DNA from: an uncultured Lachnospiraceae bacterium
GTDB taxonomy: Bacteria; Bacillota; Clostridia; Oscillospirales; CAG-272
Direction of reading: 5' to 3'
Length of the DNA stretch: 64,000 bases
NCBI GenBank assembly: GCA_964568425.1
Contig: CAZMPO010000011.1
Location: 634 to 64,633, forward strand
In this document: positions 39,102 to 48,193 of the stretch, one piece after another
Numbering within the stretch: position 1 is the stretch's first letter
Layout of the letters: the number at the start of each line of letters is the position of its first letter
The notes under the pieces: model-generated
Database searches by the model: none
Seen by the model: the letters and a program-made list of their open reading frames with translations, nothing else
Told to the model about the DNA's origin: nothing
Program-made: the position numbers and the translations under genes

Positions 39102-39896
39102 TCAGGAGAGCAAAGTTCTGTCGTTTGCGAACTTTTCACCGCTCATCTCCTCGAATTTTGCGAGCAGATCTGCAACGGTCAGTTTCTTTTTGTCCTCACC
39201 CGAAATATCAAGGATAATATTGCCGTGATTCATCATAATGAGCCGATTGCCGTACGCTATGGCGTCACGCATGTTGTGTGTGACCATAAGCGCGGTCAGC
39301 GACTCTTCGGTGACGAGCCTGTCGGTGATCTCGAGGACTTTTGCGGCGGTCTTGGGGTCAAGAGCGGCGGTATGCTCGTCAAGCAGGAGAAGCTTGGGTC
39401 TCTGCATCGTTGCCATAAGCAGCGTTACCGCTTGTCGCTGACCGCCCGAAAGAAGCCCCATCTTGGTCGAGAGCCTATCCTCAAGTCCAAGTCCGAGCTC
39501 GGCAAGACGATCCTTGTAGCGAGTCCTATCGCTGTTGTGGATCGCCCACGAAAGTCCGCGACGCTTGCCGCGGCGCTCGGCGATCGACAGATTCTCCTCG
39601 ACCCACATATCAGCGGCTGTCCCCATCATGGGATCTTGGAAAACTCGTCCGATATATTTTGCGCGCTTATATTCGGGCAGATCGGTAACATCGACACCAT
39701 CGATAAGTATCGAGCCGCCATCTGTCGGGAAGACGCCGGCTATCATGTTGAGAAGGGTCGATTTTCCTGCGCCGTTTCCGCCGATGACAGTTACGAAATC
39801 GCCGTCGCTCAGCGTCAGATCAAGCTCGCAGAGGGCAACCTTTTCATTGACTGTGCCGGGATTGAATATCTTTGTAAGTTTCTTTACCTCAAGCAT
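39102..39896 (-). CDS. ABC transporter ATP-binding protein
   Basis: GGNGAGKST, LSGGQRQ, LLLDEHTAALDP. Confidence 0.95.
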   Translation of the reverse strand: MLEVKKLTKIFNPGTVNEKVALCELDLTLSDGDFVTVIGGNGAGKSTLLNMIAGVFPTDGGSILIDGVDVTDLPEYKRAKYIGRVFQDPMMGTAADMWVEENLSIAERRGKRRGLSWAIHNSDRTRYKDRLAELGLGLEDRLSTKMGLLSGGQRQAVTLLMATMQRPKLLLLDEHTAALDPKTAAKVLEITDRLVTEESLTALMVTHNMRDAIAYGNRLIMMNHGNIILDISGEDKKKLTVADLLAKFEEMSGEKFANDRTLLS

Positions 39897-40800
39897 TTTT
39901 CCCTGCCCCCTTCTTTTGGGATCTTGATCTGAAATAGTTCTTTTTTACATAAGGAGCACCGAGGAAGAGTGCGACGATGAGTGCGGAGAGCATTTTGAGC
40001 AGATCGGCGTCGAGCCCGAGGAAGATGACTGTCTGATAGACAAAATAATAAATAACTCCGCCGAGAACGACTCCGAGAAGTCTTACGATAAAGCCGGTCG
40101 ACAATTTTGAGAAAAATGCCTCACCGATTATGACAGCGGCAAGACCTATGACGATCGCGCCTCTGCCCATGTTAATATCGGCATTTCCCTGATATTGTGC
40201 AAGAAATCCGCCCGAGAGAGCTACGATGCCGTTAGAGATCACAAGTCCGAGCACCTTTGCCGCACCCGTGTTTATACCTTGCGCGCGGCTCATATTGATG
40301 TTATTGCCCGTCGCACGGAGGGACGCGCCCTTTTCGGTACCGAAAAACCAATAAAGGAGCATGATAAGCGCGACAACGAGCACAAGAAGGATAACGATCG
40401 TCTTTACTATGTCGATTTGCGCGATTATGAGATCAAAATTGCGGACGCTGAGACCGATATTTGCTTTGCCCATGATCTTGAGATTGACAGACCAAAGGAT
40501 CAGCTGTGTAAGTATTCCCGAAAGAATTGCGGGTATACCCAGAATTGTGTGAAAAAGCCCTGTCAGAAGTCCTGCAAGCATTCCTGCGACGACTGCGGCA
40601 AGCATTGCAAGCCAGGGGTTTACATTATTTGTTATCAAAACGGCAGAAACAGCCGCTCCGGTACAGATCGATCCGTCGACAGTCAGATCGGCTATATCGA
40701 GGATCTTATATGTAATGAACACGCCTATCGCCATCATGCCCCAGATCATTCCCTGAGCCGCGGCACCGGGCAGTGTATTCAGCCAGACTAATATATCCAT
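39889..40800 (-). CDS. ABC transporter permease (putative aromatic amino acid uptake)
   Basis: ADLTVDGS, LAGILTQL-like, GLVISNGIVALSG, GLAAVIIGE; multiple TM helices. Confidence 0.88.
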   Translation of the reverse strand: MDILVWLNTLPGAAAQGMIWGMMAIGVFITYKILDIADLTVDGSICTGAAVSAVLITNNVNPWLAMLAAVVAGMLAGLLTGLFHTILGIPAILSGILTQLILWSVNLKIMGKANIGLSVRNFDLIIAQIDIVKTIVILLVLVVALIMLLYWFFGTEKGASLRATGNNINMSRAQGINTGAAKVLGLVISNGIVALSGGFLAQYQGNADINMGRGAIVIGLAAVIIGEAFFSKLSTGFIVRLLGVVLGGVIYYFVYQTVIFLGLDADLLKMLSALIVALFLGAPYVKKNYFRSRSQKKGAGKNA

Positions 40801-40825
40801 CGGTTACGATTCCTTTCGCTTATGA

Positions 40826-41812
40826 TCATTTGATCGGCGTGTAGCCCTTAGCCTCGAGTTCGGCTGTGTCTATACCGAGCTGTTTGCACTTTTCGGGATT
40901 ATAGAGCTTGGCGAAATTTTCGGCGTATTCGATCGGCATATCGGCGATCTTTGCCTCGCCCTTCAGGATCTTCGCCGCCATCTTACCTGTTGCGTAACCG
41001 AGATCGTAGTAGCTGATCGACAGTGTAGCGACGCCGCAGCCATTGCAGATTCCCGACTCGCCCGCAATTACGGGAGTATTGCCTATCGCACCGTTTATCG
41101 CTTCGGCGCATGATGCGGCTGTATTGTCGGTGGGGATATAGATAACATCCTCAGCTGCCGCCTTACCGGCGACCTGTATAACATCATTGGAATCGGAGAA
41201 GGGGCAATCAACGGTCGTGAGTCCCTTCTTTTCAAGCTCTGCCTTAATGACCTTGATCTGATAATCCGAGTTGGGCTCTGCCGAGCAATAAAGAAGTGCT
41301 ACCGATTTCGCCTCCGGGAAAAGATCGGTGATCATGTTTGCCTGCTGATCGAGAGGCGCAAGATCGGATGTGCCCGAAATATTGCCGCCGACCGTTCCGT
41401 TGAAATCTTTGATGCCGAGAGCCGTGCCGTACTCGGTGATCGATGTACCGAGGATCGGTATGGTGAGCGTTGCATTTGCCGCCGCCTGGAGCGGTGATGT
41501 TGCGTTTGCGAGTATCAGATCGACCCTTTTGTTGACAAAATCGTTTACGATCGTTGTGCACACATTAGGCTCGCCCTGTGCGTTCTGCTCGACAAATTCG
41601 ACATTTTCCTCGCCAAGCTCGGCAATAAGTGCTTCTCTAAAGCCTTTGGTCGCCGCGTCGAGTGCGTCATGCTTTGTAAGCTGACAAATGCCGACGGTAT
41701 ATTTCTTGCTGTCACTGCATGAAGAAAAAGCAGTCACGGTCAAAAGTGCGAGTAAGATCGACAGGAGCTTTATCGGCAGTGCCCTGCCCTTTGCGTTTTT
41801 AGTGATTTTCAT
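40826..41812 (-). CDS. ABC transporter substrate-binding lipoprotein (Trp/Tyr-binding-like)
   Basis: Lipobox FSSC, HDALDAATKGF, NAQGE, GTSD, IYIPTDN. Confidence 0.85.
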   Translation of the reverse strand: MKITKNAKGRALPIKLLSILLALLTVTAFSSCSDSKKYTVGICQLTKHDALDAATKGFREALIAELGEENVEFVEQNAQGEPNVCTTIVNDFVNKRVDLILANATSPLQAAANATLTIPILGTSITEYGTALGIKDFNGTVGGNISGTSDLAPLDQQANMITDLFPEAKSVALLYCSAEPNSDYQIKVIKAELEKKGLTTVDCPFSDSNDVIQVAGKAAAEDVIYIPTDNTAASCAEAINGAIGNTPVIAGESGICNGCGVATLSISYYDLGYATGKMAAKILKGEAKIADMPIEYAENFAKLYNPEKCKQLGIDTAELEAKGYTPIK

Positions 41813-41865
41813 ATCGATATCAATCCTTTCGACGACCTTGCTTATCGGTCGGTAAAATATTGTTT

Positions 41866-41894
41866 ATTATACCACACAAAAAGAAAAAAATCAA
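41866..41894 (-). promoter_or_regulatory. SigA promoter of the ABC operon
   Basis: TTGATT-17-TATAAT with TGn. Confidence 0.75.
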
Positions 41895-42057
41895 TAGGAA
41901 ATACGGATTTTTGACATTTTTTCGAAATTTTTTTCGGCAAATTACAAATCGTCGCGAGTTTTGCCGATAAAAACGCGGTTTTGTTCTTGTAAACGAAGTC
42001 GCACGAGGTCATCTGCTTCCTTTTCTATATCAGCACCGCTACAGCTACAATGAAGAT

Positions 42058-42099
42058 GAGCAGTCTTTTGGTTAGTCAGGGCTAACCAAAAGACTGCTC
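42058..42099. repeat. Perfect 18-bp inverted repeat downstream of tRNA-Leu
   Basis: GAGCAGTCTTTTGGTTAG-TCAGGG-CTAACCAAAAGACTGCTC. Confidence 0.9.
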
Positions 42100-42122
42100 A
42101 AACGCCGCGCTCGGCGGCGGGG

Positions 42123-42205
42123 TGGTGCGGATAGTGGGACTCGAACCCACAAGCGTAAGCACCGGCTCCTAAGACCGGCGTGTTTACCAATTTCACCATA
42201 TCCGC
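42123..42205 (-). tRNA. tRNA-Leu (anticodon TAG)
   Basis: GCGGATA acceptor stem, D loop TTGGTA, anticodon arm CCGGT-CTTAGGA-GCCGG, long variable arm, GTTCGAGTCC, encoded CCA; TTGACA-17-TATAAT promoter at 42224-42252. Confidence 0.97.
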
Positions 42206-42264
42206 ATATTTTCGGCACATGCTATTATACATCAAAAACTCGGTTTTGTCAACCGTTTTTCTCA

Positions 42265-42304
42265 TTTTCCCCTTTCGGCGGCAAATTTCCGCCGAAAGGG
42301 AAAA
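42265..42304 (-). terminator. Terminator after the aminopeptidase gene
   Basis: CCCTTTCGGCGG-7 nt-CCGCCGAAAGGG flanked by T/A tracts. Confidence 0.8.
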
Positions 42305-42311
42305 GGTATCA

Positions 42312-43703
42312 TTATTTATTGAAGGCCTTGAATGCCTTATATGTCATATAAAGATCCGCTTTGGAGATGACCTCATAAGGAGAGTGCATCGAGATGACCG
42401 GGACACCGAGATCGACAACATCGATATTCTTATTGGCAATATAGATAGCGACCGTTCCTCCGCCGCCCTGATCGACCTTACCGAGCTCGCCTGTCTGCCA
42501 GACGATACCCTCATCGTCAAAGATCTTTCTGACAAGTCCGACAAACTCGGCTGTTGCATCGGACGTGCCGCTCTTTCCGCGCGCGCCCGTGTACTTGGTC
42601 ATGACAACACCTTCGTTGATAAAGCTGCTGTTTTTGGTCTCGTATACATCGCCGAAATTTGGGTCGAATGCCGCGTTGACATCGGCAGAGAGGCACTTTG
42701 AGTTTGCCATAAGCGCATGGAAGTTTGCGCCTGTCGCCTGTGCGATCTCCTCAAGGATTGCGGTAAAGACATCCGACTGCATGCCCGTCGATCCGCCACT
42801 GCCGACCTCTTCTTTATCGGCAAGGATCGCCATAAGCGTGTGTGTGGGAGCGTCTGCCTCAACTACTGCGCGAAGTGCGGGGTAGGAGCAAACTCTGTCA
42901 TCATGTCCGTAACCGCCGACAAGCGATCTGTCAAGACCGATATCGCGTGCCTTGAAGGCAGGCACGAGAGTCAGCTCAGCGGAGATAAAGTCGGCCTCGG
43001 TGATACCGTACTTATCGGCAAGTATCTTCATAAGTCCAAGCTTGATATCACCGCTTGCCGAGAAGGGCTTTGAGCCGATCAGGATATTGAGCTTTTCGCC
43101 CGGAATACCGTCGGCAAGCGATCTCGACATCTGATCCTTGGCAAGGTGAGGGAGAAGGTCGTTTATGTAGAACACGGGATCGGAATCATTCTCGCCGATC
43201 ACGATATCGACATATTCGCCGTCCGCACGCACAACTCTTCCGTGCAGAGCCAAGGGAGTAGCGGTCCACTGATATTTTTTGATGCCGCCGTAATAGTGGG
43301 TCTTGAGGAAGCCCATATTACCCTCCTCATAGAGAGGATGCTGTTTAAGGTCGAGTCTCGGGGAATCGATATGCGCGGCGGAGATCCTGACGCCCATCTC
43401 GGGGGATTCCGTGCCGATAACGAAAAGGTAGATCGCCTTACCGCGATTATTATAATAATACTTTCCGCCAACCGACAGCTTATCTCCGAAATTGTAGGAG
43501 ACAAATCCAGCGCTCTCGGCAATGGATATCGCCTCAGTTACCGCTTCCCTTTCGGTCTTTGCGGCATCGAGAAAGACCTTGTACTCATCGGCAAAGGTCT
43601 CCATTGCCGTCTCGGACTCTTCATCGAGAGCCTCATAAACATTCTTTTTCTTAAAAAGAAGCTTTTCTTTCAATTCTTTGATCTCTTCTTCGGATGCAAA
43701 CAT
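42312..43703 (-). CDS. M18 family (aspartyl) aminopeptidase
   Basis: AHIDSPRLDLK, THYYGGIKKYQW, GHDDRVC, DKEEVGS, SMHSP. Confidence 0.93.
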   Translation of the reverse strand: MFASEEEIKELKEKLLFKKKNVYEALDEESETAMETFADEYKVFLDAAKTEREAVTEAISIAESAGFVSYNFGDKLSVGGKYYYNNRGKAIYLFVIGTESPEMGVRISAAHIDSPRLDLKQHPLYEEGNMGFLKTHYYGGIKKYQWTATPLALHGRVVRADGEYVDIVIGENDSDPVFYINDLLPHLAKDQMSRSLADGIPGEKLNILIGSKPFSASGDIKLGLMKILADKYGITEADFISAELTLVPAFKARDIGLDRSLVGGYGHDDRVCSYPALRAVVEADAPTHTLMAILADKEEVGSGGSTGMQSDVFTAILEEIAQATGANFHALMANSKCLSADVNAAFDPNFGDVYETKNSSFINEGVVMTKYTGARGKSGTSDATAEFVGLVRKIFDDEGIVWQTGELGKVDQGGGGTVAIYIANKNIDVVDLGVPVISMHSPYEVISKADLYMTYKAFKAFNK

Positions 43704-44308
43704 TATTTTTCTTCCTCCGTTGCATTTATAATTTCTTTATATTTTTCTGCCGCCGCCGACACCTTTGAGACATACGCCTTTGTCTCGGCAAACGGGATAT
43801 TAACAAGCTTTCCGTCCTTCGAATATCGGCTGTCGGAGAGCCATTTTCGAACATTGCCCATCCCGCCGTTATAGGCGGCAAACGTTATCTCCCAATCGCC
43901 GAAAACATCGTAGAGATAAGAGAGATAATAAGTGCCGTACCGCATATTGATCTCGGGGTCATAGAGCATATCGTCGTCATACTCATCGCCGAGACGCCTT
44001 TGAAGATCGGCGAATGTGTCGGGCATTATCTGCATGAGTCCGCGCGCACCTGTCTTTGAGAGTGCATCGGGGTCAAAACTGCTTTCGGTCAGGATCACGG
44101 CAAAAATTATGTTTTTTGGAACACCGTACTCGCGCGAGAGTTTGTCGACCTCTTCGTAATACTTTATCGGATAGCTTTTCTCCTCGATCTTTTTCTCTAT
44201 ATGAAAGATGATCGACACAACAAGGGCAAGGGCGATGATCATTCCGACAGTCGTGAGAATCGAAAGTGCCGATCTCCTTTGGGCATGCATGTTTTTGGAG
44301 CTATTCAT
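43703..44308 (-). CDS. Lytic transglycosylase (SLT domain)
   Basis: AVILTESSF, GARGLMQIMP, AAYNGG, PFAETKAYV; N-terminal TM. Confidence 0.93.
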   Translation of the reverse strand: MNSSKNMHAQRRSALSILTTVGMIIALALVVSIIFHIEKKIEEKSYPIKYYEEVDKLSREYGVPKNIIFAVILTESSFDPDALSKTGARGLMQIMPDTFADLQRRLGDEYDDDMLYDPEINMRYGTYYLSYLYDVFGDWEITFAAYNGGMGNVRKWLSDSRYSKDGKLVNIPFAETKAYVSKVSAAAEKYKEIINATEEEK

Positions 44309-44921
44309 TTTCGGCAGTTATCTCGGAAATGAGTCGATCGACCGATAAACGGATATCCGAATCTTTATCGTTAATGAGCACAAAATCGCAGTTTTTCCTG
44401 AAAAATTCGGCATCGTGCTGATTTGAAAGTCTTGCGATTGCGCGCTCTCGTGTTATCTTATCCCGCGACATGATACGCTCTATCAAGGTTTCTTGGGATG
44501 CGATCACCGCGACGGTAATGTCGCACTTTTTATCAAGTCCCGATTCGAAAAGCATCGGAGCATCGATGACCGCGATCTGCTCTCCCGAAAATCTGAAACT
44601 GTCAACGATATCGCAAACGGCGCGTTCCACATAAAAGTGGACCGTCTTATTGAGTCTATCGAGTGCGTCGCGGTCAGCAAAAACGATCTGTCCGAGCTTT
44701 TGGCGATCAACTTCTCCGTTTGATTTGAAGACGCCCTCACCGAAGATCTCACGAAGCCTCAGGGTGCATTCATTCGTATCTTTATACAACTCATGAACTA
44801 TGCGATCGGTATCGATCGACTTGATACCTTTTTCGGCAAAAAGGTCGCAGACATATCCCTTTCCGCTACCGCTGTTGCCCGTAAGTCCAATAACAGTCAA
44901 TACATTCACCGCCACATCCAT
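44301..44921 (-). CDS. coaE: Dephospho-CoA kinase
   Basis: IGLTGNSGSGK, IDTD, DRQKLGQIVF, DAPMLFES. Confidence 0.95.
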   Translation of the reverse strand: MDVAVNVLTVIGLTGNSGSGKGYVCDLFAEKGIKSIDTDRIVHELYKDTNECTLRLREIFGEGVFKSNGEVDRQKLGQIVFADRDALDRLNKTVHFYVERAVCDIVDSFRFSGEQIAVIDAPMLFESGLDKKCDITVAVIASQETLIERIMSRDKITRERAIARLSNQHDAEFFRKNCDFVLINDKDSDIRLSVDRLISEITAENE

Positions 44922-44974
44922 GATCGTACTCTTTTATTTTACCATAGATCGAGAAAAAAATCAAGTCTTTTTGC

Positions 44975-45481
44975 TCAATTTAACAAGATAATACAAAAAT
45001 TGACGAAGAGGCAGTACACGAGCCAGATAAAATACACGGCTGTCACGATCGACGGCAGGCATCCGAGTCTTGCGAGTGTTCCGAGAGCGACAAATGTAAT
45101 AAGGACATGGAGAACCAAAACGAGAAAGGCGAACACAAAGGATCCGAGTCCGAAGAAGACGGGGTACCAGAGAAGATTTGAAAGGATGAGCAGAGACATC
45201 CAGAATAATCCCGATTTGATCTCGGGCGACCTGCAGCACCCGTACGCCCCGAAAATTATCCCGAGCACACCGCCGAGAAGGGCATACCAAAGAGACCAAA
45301 TAAGGATAAATGCGGCGGCAGGGAGTGCAAACGAAGGAAGGTAAAGGCATCTGTAAACGACCGCTCCCGAACCGAGTGCGCCTGTCAGCATGCCGAGTAT
45401 CAGCATTCCGACAGCGCAGACAGACACTACATTCCATCTTATACAGCGTATCTCGCGCGAAAGCTCTTGTCTGATCTTCAT
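44975..45481 (-). CDS. TspO/MBR family membrane protein
   Basis: Y..LYLPSFALP...F..IWSLWY, LSNLLWYPVFFG, YFIWLVY; SD GAGGTGA before ATG 45481. Confidence 0.85.
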   Translation of the reverse strand: MKIRQELSREIRCIRWNVVSVCAVGMLILGMLTGALGSGAVVYRCLYLPSFALPAAAFILIWSLWYALLGGVLGIIFGAYGCCRSPEIKSGLFWMSLLILSNLLWYPVFFGLGSFVFAFLVLVLHVLITFVALGTLARLGCLPSIVTAVYFIWLVYCLFVNFCIILLN

Positions 45482-45549
45482 AAAAGAAATCACCTCACAA
45501 AATTCTATGAGGTGATCTCTTGTAATATTCAATATTTAGTTTTGGCGTT

Positions 45550-48057
45550 TCACTGCGAGTTATGATAGGTGCAATATCTGTTGTACTGTCCGCTCGTACT
45601 GTAGGTCTTACCCGAATATTTATCCACGGCGTTGTACAAATTCCAATAGAAGGGATAATTGCCGCTTCCGGTATATGGCGGCGTCGAGCCGAGATCGGCA
45701 TAGGTGTACTGACCGTCGGTCACATAGATATTTACGGGGAAGGTTCTTGTATGCTCAAGAAGTCCCACCATCTCGCAAGATGAGTCGGGGCAATTCGGTC
45801 CGGCGATTCCGTGTCCCTTGCAATACTTGACAAGGACATGGCAATCGCATTCCTCGGTCGGGAGAGTTTCTTTGGTGAAATAACCTTTTTCATATCTCTT
45901 GCCGCGCGGATCCGACTCGCACGCCTCGGTCACAAGCTTGCCCGAATCCATGCAATAGGTCGCCTCGATCAGGAGATCGCGGTCGAAGGTCTTGAGCGTT
46001 TCCTCACCCTTTGACACCCTTTCGAGTATCGGCTTATGAAGTTCGACCATGACCCTGTTCCACATTTTACAGTGCTGATTACTGACCTTACTGCCCACAT
46101 CCTGCGGCTCGACATATCCGGTCCAAACGCCTGCAAGGTAGTACGGGGTGTAGCCAACGAACCATTTATCGTAGTTTTTGTTGGTCGTACCCGTCTTGCC
46201 CGCAACATCGACAAGTCCGCCGATCTCTCTAAGGCTTCCCGATGCTGTCGCGCCCGAATGGTGAATGACCTGACCGAGGAGCTTGGTCATGACCTCGGCA
46301 TTACCCTCACTGAGGACGATCTCTTTTTCGGGCTCGTTATCGACAACGACATCGCCCGATTTATCGAGTATCTGTATAACCGTCCTTGACGAGGTATACA
46401 CGCCGCTGTTTGAGAAGATCGAGTAAGCGGCGGTAAGCTCCTTTAGCGTAACACCATAGGTAAGACCGCCGAGTCCCAAGGATGCGTAGTTTTTATCGCT
46501 GTTGACAAGCGTGGTTATATGGAGCTTATTTGTTAAAAAGTTGAATGAATTATTGATGCCGAGTGCGTCAAGGACATGCACGGCGATCGTATTTTTCGAC
46601 ATTGCTATCGCATATTCGACTGTCGTCAGTCCGCGATAAGCGTTATTGGAGTTTCTGGGCCAACCTGTCGGATGCGAATAGGTCACCTTCCCCGAGGCAT
46701 TGATGGTTTCTGTTCCGAAATTGAACGGAATATCATCAAACACCGAGCCGTAGTTTATGACCCCCGACTCCATTGCAGGCGCATACACGGCAACCGGCTT
46801 AAATGCCGATCCGGGCTGTCGGACTGCATCGGTCGCAAGGTTGAAGATTCTGTTTTGTGTCTTTTCGCCGCGTCCGCCGACCAGTCCCAAAATGTTTCCG
46901 TTATGCGGATCCATAACGATCATCGACGATTCGACATTAATGACATTCGAGACCGGGAAGATCGAGGTCGAGGTCATGTCCTGATAATATTTATCAAGGA
47001 CAGCTTGAACACCCTTATCCTGTGCGGTAACTATCGAATAGCCGCCCGAATAGAGCATTTTTGTCGCGATATCGGTGGAAACATTGTATTTTTCGGCAAG
47101 CAGAGCGGACGCCTCGTTTATCACCTCATCGGTATACCATGTGTTCGTTCCCGCGACTGTGACCTCCGATTTTGACTGATCGATAACGAGCGTGGCATTA
47201 TACGCCTCATCGTATTCCGCCTTGGTGATAAGACCTTGCGAATACATTTCGGAGAGGATGACATTGCGTCTGGTCTTGTTATTGTCGGGATTTTTGATCG
47301 GGTCCCACTTTGAGGGATACTGTGTTATACCCGCGATCGCCGCGCATTCGACAAGGGAGAGTTCACTGACATCCTTGTTAAAATAAACGTGTGCCGCCTC
47401 CTGCACGCCGTTTGCGCCCTGGGAAAGGTATATGATATTCATATAGCTTTCAATGATCTTTGTTTTATCGCCGACCTGCTTTTCAAGCTCCATCGCCTTA
47501 AAGATCTCGTTGACCTTACGCTGTATGGTATAGTCATCGTTTTTTGTGACATTCTTGACGAGCTGTTGCGTTATTGTCGATCCGCCGCCGCCCTCGCCGA
47601 TCGGAAGAAGGAATTTTGCGATCGCCTTGGTCGTTGTAATAAGATCAAAGCCGTTATGGTCCCAAAAGCGCTTATCCTCGATGGCAACGAAAGCGTTCAC
47701 GAGATTCTCGGGGACGTCCTCGTATGAGACCCAATAAGAGTTTCCCTCAGCGGAGAGACGCTGGCTTTCGTCCTCTACAAGCTTTCCGTTGCTGTCATAA
47801 TAAAAAACTTTAGTTGCGTTTCCGCTTCCCTGCTCGGCGATAAGCACGATATCATCGACATTGCTGTCAACATTGTTTGCGAGATATATCGCGAACGCGC
47901 CGACTACTATGCATCCTGCGATCGCGCCGACGAGCAAGATCGAGAGAAAAACGCTCAAAACGGCAGAAAAGGCAGAGCGAAGAACGCCGAATGATGAACG
48001 GACGGCATCCTCGACTTGGTTTTCTATATTGTTATCGTTATTTTCTTTTTTCGGCAT
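45550..48057 (-). CDS. Class A penicillin-binding protein (PBP1A)
   Basis: AIEDKRFWDH, GGSTITQQLVKN, QPGSAFKP (SxxK), SKN, KTGT; Cys-rich C-terminus. Confidence 0.95.
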   Translation of the reverse strand: MPKKENNDNNIENQVEDAVRSSFGVLRSAFSAVLSVFLSILLVGAIAGCIVVGAFAIYLANNVDSNVDDIVLIAEQGSGNATKVFYYDSNGKLVEDESQRLSAEGNSYWVSYEDVPENLVNAFVAIEDKRFWDHNGFDLITTTKAIAKFLLPIGEGGGGSTITQQLVKNVTKNDDYTIQRKVNEIFKAMELEKQVGDKTKIIESYMNIIYLSQGANGVQEAAHVYFNKDVSELSLVECAAIAGITQYPSKWDPIKNPDNNKTRRNVILSEMYSQGLITKAEYDEAYNATLVIDQSKSEVTVAGTNTWYTDEVINEASALLAEKYNVSTDIATKMLYSGGYSIVTAQDKGVQAVLDKYYQDMTSTSIFPVSNVINVESSMIVMDPHNGNILGLVGGRGEKTQNRIFNLATDAVRQPGSAFKPVAVYAPAMESGVINYGSVFDDIPFNFGTETINASGKVTYSHPTGWPRNSNNAYRGLTTVEYAIAMSKNTIAVHVLDALGINNSFNFLTNKLHITTLVNSDKNYASLGLGGLTYGVTLKELTAAYSIFSNSGVYTSSRTVIQILDKSGDVVVDNEPEKEIVLSEGNAEVMTKLLGQVIHHSGATASGSLREIGGLVDVAGKTGTTNKNYDKWFVGYTPYYLAGVWTGYVEPQDVGSKVSNQHCKMWNRVMVELHKPILERVSKGEETLKTFDRDLLIEATYCMDSGKLVTEACESDPRGKRYEKGYFTKETLPTEECDCHVLVKYCKGHGIAGPNCPDSSCEMVGLLEHTRTFPVNIYVTDGQYTYADLGSTPPYTGSGNYPFYWNLYNAVDKYSGKTYSTSGQYNRYCTYHNSQ

Positions 48058-48193
48058 TTCAATACCTCACCTGCATTCGTGCGACACGCCGAAAAGCGGC
48101 TGTCGCTACTTTGCATATTATAACCGATTTCTTTGAAATTTGTGTGAATATTATATTTGTTTTCTGCAAAAAATGGCAAATTTAACCGCCATT

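Noticed and set aside
40812-40830. Partial resemblance to the leader element (AATGATCATAA..CGAAAGGA) at the SBP/permease junction; similar fragments at 21121-21145
   Set aside because: The pieces are in a different order with no hairpin; they are explained by an ordinary stop codon plus SD.
41845-42013. Possible 56-aa minus-strand ORF starting at an ATG after GAAAAGGA, downstream of tRNA-Leu
   Set aside because: It runs through the ABC operon promoter, is low complexity in places, and has no recognisable motif.
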